Positions 37,453 through 52,494 of a stretch of 64,000 bases of DNA are shown here, one piece after another. Location: contig NMRA01000144.1 in the NCBI GenBank assembly GCA_002633005.1, forward strand, positions 310,001 through 374,000, read 5' to 3'. A model generated the notes under the pieces. It had not been told where the DNA came from. It was given only the letters and a program-made list of their open reading frames with translations, and made no database searches. A program made the position numbers and the translations under genes. Positions within the stretch are counted from its first letter, which is position 1; each line of letters begins with the position of its first letter. Source of the DNA: Phoronis australis (Eukaryota; Animalia; Phoronida).

Positions 37453-39559
37453 CGGCAGCCTATACGATACTCGGCCGAGCTACAGAACAAGTAAGTGAGA
37501 TTTTGGGAGGAAATCTAATTCCTACATTTAGTAACTTCTTATTTTCATCAAGGAAGACATCAAATGATGATGAACTTGCATTTCCGATACATTAAAAATT
37601 TCGTCCACCAGAAGAGGTGGATTTGCCCTAGTTCAGTTTAACTTTACCTTTGACCTCTATGTTGACCTTCCATTTGACCTTGCATCTATAATACCAGAAA
37701 TAGACTGTAGGTCCCAGAAAACATTGGAAGCGATACATTGCAGGACCCTGTAAGCCATCATGTTCAGAAGATAAAAACTGAGCGAAGGTTAAGACGGAGG
37801 ATGCCGCCATGGTAAATTACATGAAATGCTCAAGGTTTGTACAAAGAGCATCCGAGTTGGTTTTGGTCTCCTAACCACATATTACAAAGTTTCAAGGGAG
37901 CATTCGCAGATCGCTTCCTAGTCAGAGCCAGTATTGAAAAACCGTCACGCGATTCATTGACTAGTAGGTGTCGCGTCAAAAAATGAACACGTTGACGAAT
38001 GGAAATTGGGACAACATCAGAATGCTCTATCTTAAACCAAAAATCGTTTACGATTTTTACCACGAAAAGACGAAAAAATGTCCAAATACACCGAGTTGTC
38101 ATACAACAGTCGCTTATATGCAAAGTCGTATGCTTGATGGTATGCCGCGAAGACCTGTATGATTTGGCAAACTTGTAAGATGCAAACGTTACTGAACGCT
38201 ATCGAAAGATTTGTCAGATTAGAGCTTATTCAAAAACGCCGGTGAGACAATAAGAATAAGAAGTGTTTAGAAGTACTAAGGCACACTATTCCGTTTTGAC
38301 GATAATTGAAAGACAAGCAACATTTTGTTGAATATTAAATGGGACAACAGGGTGTGTCGTGGTATTCACATTCGTCCAAGCAACAATCACCGCTGTCAAG
38401 TTTCAGTAAAATTTCTCAAGCTGGTATGACAACAATTGACGGACAAGGAAAATCTTGCCCAAACCTAAACCTACCGACAAAGAGTGTTACCATTGTCGAA
38501 TCCGTCCGAAAATAAATTTGTGGCGGTGCATTCCTATTACGGAACACCTCGAGTGTTTCCGTAACCTCACATTTCCTCCCTCTCCTTCTCCATCTGTTCC
38601 CTCCCCCTCTCTCTCTACCACCCTCTCTCTCTTCCTCCCTCTCTCTCAATTCACTGCAAAATTCGTCAATTGTTTCGCCAACATCTTGTAAAACATTGAA
38701 GCGGCAACAAACACCTAGCCGGGTGCCACTGAAGTCACGTTCATCCTCAAATCGACAGGCTCTCCATCAAATTAATCGTGGTCCGCCAAACAATTTTTGA
38801 GAAAATCGACGAACAAGCAAAGGTAATGACCGTGACAGACGGCGGACGGGATGATGACTATAATATCATGCGACGACAATTTTTGTGGGCTTATAAAAGT
38901 CATCTTGGTTTCTGATAGAAACACAAACTTACCAATCTTTAGTTGCTAAAAAATACAAAATTTTTGTGTTTTTCATTCTGTAAAAAGACTCAGGGCGTGA
39001 TTCAAAGATGAGAGAACGCTATAAATAAAAGTCTGGACTGTGTTTAGTTTCCTATTTTTAGTATGTTGAAATATCAAAACTAAAAGGATATGAATACTGT
39101 ACGCGGACTCTCAGCATTGAGATTGAATACAAGTCAATCCCCATGAGAATTTCAGCTATTGGTACAAAAGAGAATCAAACTGCCTAAAAGGTTTATCTCA
39201 GCGGGGTGAAGCAAACCTGAGAACCTGAGTGAGCTGATTACAGTTCAGTCCAAAGTGACGCATCTGTCAAGCTATAAGAATTGTAGCAATTACTGAGTCT
39301 AAACGGGATTCGAACCTCGACCATCCACATGTACCCGCATAGAGCGAGTAGGCTGGTAATAGAAATTTGCAACAGTTTTCAATACGTTTGGTTGAACACA
39401 ATTATGAGAGTAATTTCCCTTCGTGTTCGCCGCAGGCGTTCACATACAGAACTTTTATACATGTAATACTCCAACTCCTCACGTACAAATAAGTCCGTAC
39501 AGTTCACTTGTAACGAATACCTCTTTTGTCATTGATGGTAACAGCATACGTGTTAACCA

Positions 39560-41850
39560 TTCTTTGCTCTAACCATAGCAATTGTGTTAAAACATAGCGT
39601 TTACCATAGGACTGATGAAACACAAGTCGTGATATGAAATATAATGAAACACAAAACGAAGTTCATTTTCTAGAGCACTGAGATCACGTAAGCAACATAA
39701 CCTATTTTCATGTTCGAAATTAGTCTACCTTCCAACCTCTATCTCCAATAGAAGAATATAAAATTTGAACTGACAAAACAAATATCTTCTCACTCTAGGT
39801 GAACAAGAATATGGATAGTCCTCAGTTTTAAATTTTTCTTTGAATGTCTTGTAAGTTCTCAGTTTTGGTTGAGACCGAGGGGGACCTAATACCCTCCCTC
39901 CAATTTCCCTCGCCAATACTTAACCTAAATAATTCATACTTTCTATGCCATAGAAAGACTTGGATACAAAAGCATTATTCATATTGCACTAACTGAAGAC
40001 ACAACTTTGTTCTGCTGACAACTTTTGTCCATAATGGCTCAAGCACTAATGAGGTAATGGGAATCCAAGCTATCAAGTCTATTCCAAAGCCTTTACATAC
40101 ATACCCCAAAACTTGCTAGCTATCATCCTAAAGCCCCTTTCATGGCAATGATAGGCGTGAAGAGGTGAACCCCTAACAAGTATCTCATGGCACGTTTTTG
40201 AACCTCTTCGCAACATTTTATACCACTGAAACCCCAAATATAAGCCCCGTATTCCAAACCAGGTAGAACTCCCACCTTGAATGTTGTATAGGAAGTACCA
40301 AAACCAACACCTTTCACAGATTTGAACTTCGAGACAACTGTACCAAGCGAGTGGCATGAAGTGTTAGCACTGGTATCAAAATTTAGAAATTCATCAAAGT
40401 ACACAATCAAATATGTGTACTGAGTGAATCTAATAATTCAAGACTGTGTCTCCGAAGTTAAACAAAACACTGAAACCTGGGGCCCATTTGTTTGTAAAAT
40501 TAATAGTATTTGTTTTCCTTTCATTAACACACAACTTCCATTTAAAGCATCACTGGTGAACCATGTTCAACGTAACCTGCAGATGGACCTTGTTTTCTGC
40601 TAACACAACAATATCATCCGCATAAAGTAAAAAAGTTGTTGTCAACTTTGGTTTCGATGTTTGCACTTTTTAGTTGGTTGCTAGATCATTCTGAAAAATG
40701 CCAAATAGAGTAGGTGACAAAACATCTCCCTGGCGAACCACATCAGTTGTTGAAAACCAATTAGTAACGGAGTTCATACTGTCTATGCGAATACACGCAG
40801 ATGTGTTCACGAGAAGAGACTTGATGACAAAATAAAAATTGCCAGCAAATTGTTTTTCAAGCAGTTTCAGGAAAGGAAGGACAGTCTCTATCTACCAAAT
40901 CAATGGCATTTTAAAACTCACTAAAGCCAGCAAGTCTACTTTGCTTGAATTTTAGTCAGTTTCTTATGATGTATGATAGAACAAACAAATGTGGTTTGAC
41001 AGGTTCCAGTTTTTCTAAAACCATTTGCCCAACCACTAGAAAGTTAATGTATTCGGCATGGTGAACCAATCTGTTGTTTAGAAAACTAGAGTAGACTTTG
41101 CCAGAGCAAGATAGCAGGCTTATTTCCCTGAAATTAAGAGGAACAACTAGGTCATTTGCGGAATTTTTCGGGAGTGGTACAACGATAGATTTTAAACACA
41201 CTGATGGTACCATAACAGTAGAAAAACATGTGTTCATGAAACTGACAAAAAGTCGCAAATCTTACCTGACTTGATCACTTCGTTTTGGAATTTCATTAGA
41301 ACCAGACGCTTTTTAGCTTTCAGGTGGTCTATTACATTCTGTCAGAGAAAGGACGGTTGTAATTCATGTTTAATGAGACATCATTTGTATTATTTCCCAG
41401 CTTTCTCAAGCACGTCGTTGAAAAATAATTGATCAGAGTCCGGTTCCGAATCGAGTGATTTATTATACAGATCTTTGAAATCGGATTCTCGTTTACTCAG
41501 ATCTGCGCTGAAATCCTGAGCAAACACATCATCAATTTAAGTCTAACATGTAATTACGTTCTTTTTGTGAGGGCCACGATTTTTTTTACTTTTTGGTGTA
41601 ATTCTCTTAGGTTGGTTACATTAACAATTTCAATGTTTAAAACCTTGTGTCTTCTACAGCGTTAGTAAGCAATCTATCGATTGCTTTTTGGGCAGTCCTC
41701 AATGCCGACAACAGACGTGATTTCTCGTTGATTTTATACTTGTACTCAAACTACTACATTTTTAGAAAAATACGTAGGACATTTGTTTACGCGATTTTGA
41801 GTAACGTCTTCGTGATTAGCACTTTCAATAATTGTCGTCCGGTTTACAAA
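39560..41850 (-). mobile_element. Decayed CR1/L2-group LINE ORF2 (reverse transcriptase)
   Basis: IVVPLPK....PLNFREISLLSCSGKVYSSFLNNRL, VRQGDVLSPTLF (~40705-40742), LLYADDIVV (~40603-40630) and C-terminal PKLRTYKTFK...LEIEVGR. Frameshifted. Confidence 0.85.
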
Positions 41851-44800
41851 AACAACTGATCAAAATCGACACTCGCTTTTGTACACTGACTGACCCGCAT
41901 TCCCAGGTTTATTTGCTGAGCTTCGGTGTTGTGCATCGGTTTGTTTCTGAGCCCATTGACTGAGGACGTTTTCCTTGTCTGGTTATTGATGCCCTGCATT
42001 TTTGTCACGAATGTACCTAGGTTTCGCCGGTCCCCATGTCATGGTACCCAATGGGCAGTTTGTTTTAAACATTAATTTTCCAGTTTGGTAACAGTGAACC
42101 ATAGGAAATTATTCGTAATTTTGAACTGTGTTATCACCTTCCCAAGACAATTTTGATTTAATTCCGTCAATTTATATATATACTTTCATCGAGTCATATT
42201 CTATGAAGGGGTGCGTGCGGATGCGACGTTCTTCATAGAAGTGCAGTCTTGCACCCGGGGTCTTACAATGCCCGTAGATAGTGATGTTTGTGTGATGAAA
42301 GCAAGTACTTGGGGAAGAATATGTGCAGCTAGGAATTGTGTCCACGGTAAAATTTGTAAGATCAGGCGTTTTCTCAAAAGAACATACAGATCAGAATCAT
42401 AGACAATGTACGCTCTCATCAGTCGAGGAATTAGATGATTTTAGTGTTTTTGTAATTTGTTATTGCTGGTGGAACTTAGACGTTTGGCAACGGTCAAGCT
42501 TTCTTGTAGCAACGTTCATATTCCACATGGTCTTGGTGGTAATGTTTGCGCTTTGGTCTGAATAGCAAGGCACAAAATACCCAAAGAATTAAAAACAGCT
42601 ATTTCCAATTTACCTTAGACGCCATTTTGGTTCTGGAATGGCAATGCATTCTTCTTTGAAGAAAATGCATTTCCCAGACAATATATTTGTCTCCGCGAGT
42701 CTACAGAGATGGAACGTCGGTGTCTCAATGAATGACAAAATGCCAGAGCACGACATTGCTTATAAAACAGTGATGCTGCCGGGATAAGTTGGTTAATTCA
42801 GAGCCGGGTTTAAGCTTACTACTCAAAATCTGAACTCGAAATTACTTTTAGCAATTTCTGCTCTGCTTTTGTACGAACTCAATATAATTGTCTATTAATC
42901 TATACTCGAGTACATACATATGAATTTCTAGTTCAAGTTTGCACTTGATGACCCATAGATTTGTGCTTCACTAAAACTCCAGATTTCGAGTAGTTTTGAA
43001 ATTTCGACTAGTTTAGACTCGAGCTTCTAGTCCTAGCCATGAAGTGTAAACTAGGATTAGACAGTTATCCACTAAACTCATGACTGCTTTAAAAACTCAC
43101 CATGCAGTTGGAAATTTCCGTGTTGGTACAGATCCCGGCGACCACTGAAACGAGTTGTTCAATGTGTCAATAATTCAGTAGTGACGCGTATTAGCAAATG
43201 TACAACCTTTTCGTGCAGCAGTAAGCCATGGGGTCAACGCCCATTGTTATACTCAGCGAACTTTTCACAATCTCTTGAAGCGAGTTCCATTCAATACCAA
43301 ATGTCTTCTTTGTAATACTGTTCACATTCTCTCGACTGATCAGTTCAACATTTAAAGCCTTGACTGAGAAGTTGCTTGGTCAACTCCGTAACCCTCGCTC
43401 AATGCTGATTCATTGGTCAACAATTACACCCGCGTAAAATGTACGTTTCACTTGTCGGCAGGGCTACACAACAGTAATATCGATGTGTGTAGAGGCTGCA
43501 GTGATAATAATTCGCATGTCTCCTGCACGCTCTTTATTTGATTGTGTGTGTTCAGCAGAGACTACATCAACACTCTGTGGCCAATGTTTAAACAGGCGCA
43601 CGGCAGAGGTCTATAAAAGACAGCATACAATCACAAATAGCAACACCTCACGGGAAAGAAGCACCAAATCAATGCTTATGGCGGGGCAGCGGAATATACA
43701 AAAATTATTAAAACTTGAATTTTAAAATCCTATTTTGCAAATCCAATGCTGTAAGATAAGTTCATTCCTGTTTAGAAAGTTTTAAGCTTTGACCACAGTA
43801 GCTTTGTTGCGTTATTGTTCAGCACATGATTTCATTTTGGCTTATTCTGATGTGTCAAGACAATACTTATATCAAGGGTATTTTCTACAGGCTTAACTTG
43901 TGCTGCTGAGATGATGCTCAGATGGAAAATAAAATTCTTTCCTAAAATTATTTTACATCACATTTAGTGCTGTCAGATGTATGTAATCACTGAGATATTT
44001 AGAAACCTTGAATCAATCAGTTATAAGTTCTTATTCTGCGATTTTTTTCTGTAGTTTTACCAGTGAATTGAATAATTGATATAATTCAATACATGTATTT
44101 TAAAAAATCTATATTGATATTTCTGGGTCTCACTGAACCGAAGTGTTTTCAATCGGATATGAAAGTTGAGATTCACCTCTTAGCAGATATGAGCCCATCT
44201 GGGATATCATTGCCTTTCAAGAAAAATGGTCTAACCATAGTGAATAATCGGTCAACTGAGGGGTTTAGGAAGACTTTTAAACTCTCAGTGATGACAGGTA
44301 TTTTATGTTGCATTCATCATGATTGATTTCATTCATAAAAGTTATGTGGGAAAGATCTCCATTCATTATCGACAATGATAATGAAGATGGGAATGCAACA
44401 TAGTGAATTACATACCATCATGGTGTGTACCACACTAAAAAACTTGAGTTCAAAGTTCAGAGGTAAGTCGATCGTTGAATGATCTGTTGTCGTCATGTAC
44501 ATATCGTATTGATCATTCAATCGGAGTTCTTTTGCCGATTAAGGTAAGAGGTTGTGGCCTTCAGGTGCGGCGACATCGTGGACATGTTCTACCGACTTCG
44601 TGTTAATCCAGCTAATCAAAAAATTGTTTCAGATTTTCATGGCGGGAGGAAAGTAATTTTATGTAGATTCCGCCGGAATATTGCATGACTGCATATCTTT
44701 TCGGTGCAACAAGCGTCTTCTCTAGGTTGCACCAACTTTGACCTCAAACAGATTTCTGTGGCTGGTGATATGGAGTTATGTAGGATGAATCAGCTAGGTT

Positions 44801-45199
44801 TGTGGACTGAAATCTGCCAAAAATGACACTGAACCTATCATACTGACTGGGCAAACTAAACCACTGTGTTTAAAAGGATCTTAGTCTCCACAAATTTGTT
44901 TCGAACTCTACTAGACCATGTCCATTTTTATTGCTATAAAATAAATGACAATACATTAAAAAACAAATATTTAGCCCAAAAAGAGAACCATTATATCGAG
45001 TCTTTTAACTATAAAACAATGACTTAAGCGAGACAAAAATTTGACCATGTCCATTAATCCTGATGACTGGTCAAAAGAATCAAAGATTTGAATATTTTGC
45101 GTTATTCTCTCCCAATATCGGACTTTTCATATTGGCGTTCTCTAGCGTGAAAGCACTAAAGCAACTTCCGCTTGATCCCGACTCAGATTCGTTGGACAA

Positions 45200-45495
45200 G
45201 CCTGCGTTGCTGATGTGCCGAGTCGAAAAGGCCTCTTGAAATTGTCGCATTAAGACAAAGTGGGGTATCATGGGTTTTCTTCTTTCAGCGACCAGCACCA
45301 CCAGCGAAATGTACCGGACATACACGAATCCATCGTCGAAATTCCTCCGCTTTATCAGCCACATCCACTGACTGCTGCCGATGATTCTTTTTCGCCGAGG
45401 GAAATGTAGATGGAACGTGGTGTCCTTCATCCATGGAAATTTCGAAAGGTTTTTCGTGAGTCACTAGTAGACACCACGGCACGGCAGTTGGAATC
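45200..45495 (-). pseudogene. Degenerate THAP zinc-finger coding segment (DNA transposon remnant)
   Basis: Across frameshifts: FH..FP..K...QW..LIKRRNF....RVCPVHFAGG, matching the THAP FP..W..R..VCS.HF pattern. Confidence 0.55.
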
Positions 45496-47009
45496 TGTAG
45501 GTGGCGCTGAACGTCTGTCCAGCGAAGGGGGCACAGAACAGTTCTCACAGAGGTTTACCTGTCAGAACACACGCCAATGGACTCGTCACCCTTTCATCAT
45601 TCTGTCAAAAACTGCATGCAAAGAACGAAAAGTTTTGAGTCGTTTCACATCACAAGCCCTACAGATGAGCATAGAAACTTTATTCTCTCTTGTATTTTTG
45701 ACTTTCATTCTTACTGAAAACCAAGCTAGACTAAGAAAAAAGGGGCAAAAAACGCGAAATCGGCACTTTTCACCCCCAAACCACAATTGCCCTGCCGATG
45801 CTCGACTAAAGCCAACATTAGATTTCGAAAGCAAGATCCCTACTGATTCCAAAATTGTGGTCCAAAAGTATTGTCAAACCAACTAGTTTTTTGCAAATCT
45901 GGCTTGTTTGAAGGCTATCTGAAATCGCGGCCAATTTCTTAGTCGATATCAAGCAATGCACAATTGCAACAGGGGGCCGCCATCTTGAAGAAGAGTGCTG
46001 CTACAGCCGAGCAAGTCGTCTTTTTTCATTCTCAACATGCTCACAAATACAAACAAACCACATTCACTTGGCCGCCTACATGCAATGTCTAACTAGAAAT
46101 GCCCCCAAGCCTTGCCTACCCCTACCACCGAAGATCTAGTCGCTGTTTGGCGGGGTCGTGAATTTCAATATTACGCTGCTATTTCGGAAATCTGAGCTAT
46201 TTAGAGAGCGTCGGGTATCCGGTGGTGTGTTCGAACGGGTGCATTTCAGTTTAGAATTACCCTTCAAGACAAACCCTTGACCAGAAGACGTATACTCTAT
46301 ACTAATTCATCGGTATAATCCATTGGGGTTCATATACCCAGTAGTATTAAAGGGAAAGTGATTTTCGTAAACCATGTTTAGTGAACAAACTAGATGGAAT
46401 AGTTCACAACCTGCCCCTCCGAAGATGTCTTCTGAACGTTGACGAAATAGTTTGTGTTGGACAATTTACACATCGTTATATGCTACAAAATTTGTCTGAG
46501 AATTGCAGAATCTTTCCGATGCCAGTACTTTTGAGTATGGCCAGTGTCTATATTTGCCGCCACTTAAAATCTCTGTTAGTGATACCCATTGTTAGTAATG
46601 GGAAAAACAGAGTTGTTCCACGCAAGCCCGTTAATGTTCCAAGGTTGGAGCTGTCACTGCAGTCTTGTCAGTTAATATTGGCTCTGTTTTGAAAAATGTT
46701 CTAGGTTTTGATAGATTGCAGAATTTCTGGATTAACAGTAAAGCCAGGTGGTTTGATACTACATCTAGAATGAAGCTAAAAGATTTTGAATATACTTACA
46801 GTGTAGCGTCCAGCCAGTATGTGATCGTATGCTGTTCACGAAGTCGCAGTAGACAAAGGGCAATGTTGACCGGTATGCGTCGGCTGCCCGGCACTAGGTT
46901 TTTCCACTCAATCCTCTTAAATTCATTGCACGATTATAAATTTTGAGTAATAAACTTACCTCTCGTAATCTACTACGATCTAATACAGAACACTGGATAT
47001 GTTTTGAGA

Positions 47010-48500
47010 TATATTTAGGAAAGTTATTGTGGTAAAGACCTTGATGGTGCCAAAAATTATTCACATAATGACAACCCTGCCTACTCCATCAGACATTATT
47101 GTGAATGACTTGAACGCAAGCATTTTTAAGTTTATTTGGAATAACAAAGTTGAGAGAGTGAAGAGAGATGTATTACTTAAAACTTATGAGGAAGGGGGAG
47201 CTAAAATGTTGAATATAATTCTTTTTAACAAGGCTATAAATATTTCATGGATACAAAGACTACTTACATCGGAATCAAAATGGGTGAAATTGTTTGAACT
47301 TGAAACAGGGATTGCAAATTCAAATATTATAAATTTTGGAAATGATTTTATCAAATACCATACTGAAGTAATCAATCCTTTTTTGGAACTAAGTTCTTAT
47401 TAACTGGTCCTTTTTCATAAGTAAACAGCCCCATAAAGATGCGAATGATTTACTCTCAACAAGTTTATGGCATAATGATGAAATACTAATAGACAGAAAA
47501 TCTATCTTCTTTAGAAAGTATGCTAGTGGTGGTGTTCTTTTTGTTAATGACTTACTTGATGAAAATAACAGGTTTTACTCATTTACTGAGTTTAAAAAGA
47601 TCTCGAATATATCTAAAAACTTTTTGGAATATTGTTCTCTGATTGAGTCTATTAGGTCATTTCTGAGGAGAACACCATTACAAATGCAGTTAATTAAAAT
47701 ATATGGACCAATAATACCTTTTAATATCCGAAATTTTTTAAACTGCAGGTCAATTGGTAAAATGGTATATGGAATTGTTTGCCAGAACAAAATTTTGCCT
47801 ATTTTCCAAAAAAGATTTCAAAAAGAAGGTTGTAACTTTCTAAGTGATGACTGGAAAAATAATATTCATTGTATTCTAAAACCACTTATGATTTCAGGCT
47901 ATATACACTGCAGTTTAAACTATTACATAGAGTACTTGTAACGAGCTCTTTTCTTAAAAAATTAACCTGGTGGACTCTGATGTATGTATTTTCTGCCATT
48001 CACAAAGCGAAACAGTGGATCATATCCTTTTCGAATGCAATAATATAAAAATTTTGATAGCAGAATTACGCAGTTGGGTGTTGTTGGTAAAAGGTATAAA
48101 TATGGTGATTGACCCAAAAACTATGATTTGTGGCATGCCCATAAGTGATGAAAATAAAGTTTTATATTGGATACTTTTGCAATTAAAACATTTTATTTAC
48201 GTATCTAGGTGCAAAAAAATAATCCCCAGTTTTTGCCATTTCCTTAAGATATTAGAAAGAGAATTTTATATCCAAAGAAGAATTTTATCAAATAATGGTA
48301 ATTTACATGAATACCATGCATCCTGGAGAAACTGGTTAACCAGAACTTTTGCCTGACAACATCCTACTAAAAGTGGGTGGGTATGTTGAGGGGGGGCTTG
48401 TGTGTGTGTGCGTGTGTGTATGTTAAGAGTGAGAATGGCTTGCTTTTTGTCTTACATGTCTTTGTATTTCTGTTCTGTATACCAATAAAAAAATTTTTAA
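47010..48500 (+). mobile_element. 5'-truncated L1/Tx1-type LINE (ORF2 C-terminus plus 3' UTR)
   Basis: IFKFIWNNKVERVKR..L....EEGG...N...FNKA..ISWI.RLL and the zf-RVT-like CIFCHSQSETVDHILFEC, with a GT-rich 3' UTR ending aataaaaaaa. Confidence 0.85.
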
Positions 48501-49115
48501 ATATTTTCCGTGTAAATTACTGTTATCCTGAGGAGTATTTGCTATCCATGGATTGAATGTGACATGGAAATCCCAGCAAAGGGCCCACATCTTGGTTCTA
48601 CATTAGCTTTAGTTGACCAAACATAATGTCATGCTTGCTATTGAACACAGACGGTGTCGGCCATTCTTGATTGTTCAAAAAATAAATACAGAATCAAATT
48701 GCGGACCTTCTGCTGGGCCGTTTACGTCACTCTCTATTGCTCCATGGATACTAAATGTTAATTAGTTTACAGTATGCCCAACGGCTGAGGCGAAGTATGA
48801 GACACGGTGGTTTAAGTTGAGAAACGCCACACTGCTGCTGAGTTCTTCGTATCATTTGTTGCCACATGACCGCCTAATTCGTTAGGCACCCTTCTAAACA
48901 TTGTCGCCATGCTAGGTATGAGATTATCCGACACCTTGGATATTCTTTCTGCCGATGATCTAGTGCTTTCATTTAAAAAAGACTGAGAACCACTCAATAA
49001 AATATGAATACTGTCTGTGGCTGAAACTCGAAACAGTTACATTTTTAATGGCTGTTTTGGAAGAATTATACTGAATACATGCTGGTCACGTGTATTTCCT
49101 TCCATCGTACAATTA

Positions 49116-51933
49116 TTATTGAAGAGCGATGAACGATGTCTTGTTTGTGTCGTAGACAACGCTATTGTCTTCTGGTTTAGACGTCACGTGATCCCTTTCA
49201 CTGGCAGCCTGTCCATTTACGCTAACGCGAGTTATCTTGGCTTCTTCGTTTTGGTTCTTTTCTTGTTTTCGTGGAAATTTGTCACTGGGGCGTGATTCCA
49301 CTTTTACGTGTTGTGTGAATTTATTTGGAGACAAGTTGTGGGTTTTATTAAATATGTTTTCCGTTGACATACTAGATTTTGTTCCATGTCGGTCTTCTTC
49401 AGATTTGACATCGCCATTCAAATTTACAAGTGAAAAAAAACTTTCTGAAGTCCCGTCAACGGTGGCCTCATCATGTCCAGTACGGTGCTCGGTGAGTTTT
49501 ATATCGCTCACAGACAATGCTTCGCTTCTTTTTGCCTTAGACTCGTCTAAGACTTTGTTCAAGTAATTTCCACTGCCCGTATTTCTTGACGGGTTTGGTG
49601 TTCCTGGCCGTCTTTTAGTAGCAGGGGTAGTCAAGGGCGTATCATCAGTATGGCTGGAAGGTATGTCATTCATACCTTTCTTCTTAAAGGGCTTCAGCTT
49701 CGCGTCATCCGAACTGTGTGACTGTCCATGTAAGTATTCCGGTAAGCAACATACTTTTGGTTTCATTGACGAGAAGGTATACAAGATAGGATTTAGAGCT
49801 GAGTTGATGGGCATGACGAACACAGCGACCCAAGCAGAAACTTGTCGACTTATGGTGACTCCAGATAGAGCAACGATGCCGATAATGGAAATTGGCACCC
49901 AACAGAAAAAATCGGTCAACACAATGAGAACTAACCGTCTGGCAAGAGCAAGGTCGCGCGCTGAAGACTTTCTCTGTGACTTAAGTCTTTGCTGTCTAGC
50001 GTAAACGTAAATCCAGATGTAACCCCCTGCTATGACGACGAAGCAAAACAGATTTAAAGCAATAAATATTGTGGTTGAATATTTCCAGCCAATAGAGGAC
50101 GTGTCGCGCAGAGTGAATGGGAGGCACACAGACGTTGAGCCGTAGTACAGGTCATCGTAGACGAGTAGAGGAACGGCAGCGATGACGCAGCATGTTACCC
50201 AACCAATGCTTTCGACAATGGCTGCCGACTTTCTACTCAACGCATTCACTTTGAATGTGAACACTAAGATGAGCACGCGGTCTATTGTAATCACAACGAG
50301 TGTGAACACGGACATTTCACAAGCGACGGTTGAAATGAACCCCTCAAACTGGCAAAGAAATCCCTCCTTCCATTTTTGTTCGTATTGAAAGAACGCCCCA
50401 CGGCTATCAAAATACTGATCCGATGCTGCAATTATGAGTAGATAGACCCCCATGATGAAGTCGGACACGCTTAAATTCAGGATTAGGAATGAATTGACAT
50501 TTTGCCGTTCAGTCTTGAGGCGCCAAATGAACACGGCAAGATTGCCAAAGAAAGCCATCATTCCAATTACCCAGATAGCGTATCTCAAAAACGTGTCAGC
50601 GAGAAGATCTTCGCAAGATGAAAACTCTCCCGGCTCTGGTAAGCACTTAACGCTGTCGTTGAGAGCACAACAATATCTATGAGCATCCGTATAGAGGGAG
50701 TCCATCCGCAAATCTTTGAATGCATCTAAGTCAATTTCCAAGTTTCTGTTGTTATTCTCAATGTTTAGGATGCCAACGTATCCACTAAATGCGTACGAAG
50801 AAATGGAAATCAATTTGTTATTTGAAAGATCAACATGTCGAATGTTGACACCTCCAAACGTGTGCTCAGTTAAGTGCGTGATCTGGTTCCCATTCAGTTT
50901 GAGAAGCAGAAGATTTTTCAATCCTTGAAAAGCATATTGCGGAATTGTTTTTATGTTGTTGAACGAAATATCCAGTACACCCACGTAATGGTACCCTTGG
51001 AAAGTATTCCGTAAAAGTTCCAAAGAATTATTGGACAACATTAAAGCACGCAAGTTTTTGCTGTAAGTAGGGATTGACGTGAGACTACCATTCACACAGC
51101 TCATCACTAAACCGGTGCACGTGCATGAATCTGGACAGTCCTTCGTCAGATCACAGTACTTCTCGTCCTCGCCATTTGCACAGTCTTCTTGTCCGTCACA
51201 AATAAACTGCTGCTCGATGCACGATCGTTGTCCAGGGCAACGTAGCAGCCCAGGACACTTGTATTCGTCGCAATTCACTTCATCTTCGCCATTCACACAA
51301 TCCTCTGTGCCGTCACATACGCGACTCAAATATATACAGAATGACTTGGGACACTTGAACATACCAGGGCACTCGAATCGCGAACAGTTTTTTAAATGGC
51401 TAAAATCACGACACCCTTCCACGACGGGTTTCATATACCTGTCTACGTTATACACGCACGCTTTGTCTCGCTGAAAACACTTGGGATGATGCGGAATGCA
51501 ACGAACTTCGTCATTCTTGGGACAGTATGATGTGTAATTTACGGTTACAATCGTGTTTCCCCCACTGCCAATATTCACCTCTCCTTTGATGGAATCCGTA
51601 TATTTTAGCAGTTCGTCCTCACCTGTAAATGTTGGACAGTCGGCTTGTAAGTCGTTTTGTCGAGATACGGGAATACAGGTTCCGGAGTAGCAATGAAATC
51701 CGTTTACGCAAGATGCCGCCCAGTCACACTGCTCTGTACTTTCGTCCTCTCCAGATCTACAGTCCTTAATCAAGTCGCACGTTCTGTTCATTTCAATGCA
51801 CATACCATCAGCACAGCGAAATTCACCCACCGAACAGTTCGGATATGTGCAGTTGGCTTCGTCTGAACCGTCTTTGCAGTGATTTACGTGATCGCAATAA
51901 AGTGAATACGGAAGACATTCACCGCTTTGACAC
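49116..51933 (-). CDS. Gene B coding exon 3 of 3: LDLa repeats, LRRs, 7TM and C-tail (GRL101-like LGR)
   Basis: Acceptor tttcttttcag|G at 51933. Same motifs as gene A (FSSCEDLL, DRV, TDFFCWVP, NSALNPILY). Exon sum 6447 nt is in frame (2148 aa). Confidence 0.93.
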
Positions 51934-52494
51934 CTGAAAAGAAACGCTGTATAATTGAAATCCATGTTCCGTTAATTATGAATGTGTACACATGCATTTT
52001 AGACCAGATTTCGTTATAAAACTGTGTATACACTGGCGGATCTGGGATTTAGTAAGGATGGGGGGATTGTCGTAGAAAAGCCCTGAAACGGCATGTCAAT
52101 TACGCTTTGATAATTTGGTCGACGTGCCTGGTGGTAGGCCTGCGTATTGTAGCCAACAAGTGGATCTAAAATTCACACAGATTCAGTTTACATATATTTA
52201 ATAATCCTTTTTAGATATTAGTGGCAAAGTAGATTTCTAACTCATTTCTGTAGTCGCCTTTTCATGGCTGGAATTTTCAATGTTATACGTACATCATAGA
52301 AAAGTCATACACTAATGTTAGCGGTAATTCGGGAATAACCGTGGTACCCGCAGGGATATCTAAAATTAGTGTGATTCTGAAATCGCCGCGGTGAGTGCGT
52401 ATATATCGCTGCGGTGATTCCAGAATCACAGAGGGGGTCATGTCCCCCCACCAGACTACGACAAATAACACAGAGCATGCAATTTTAGGCAAAC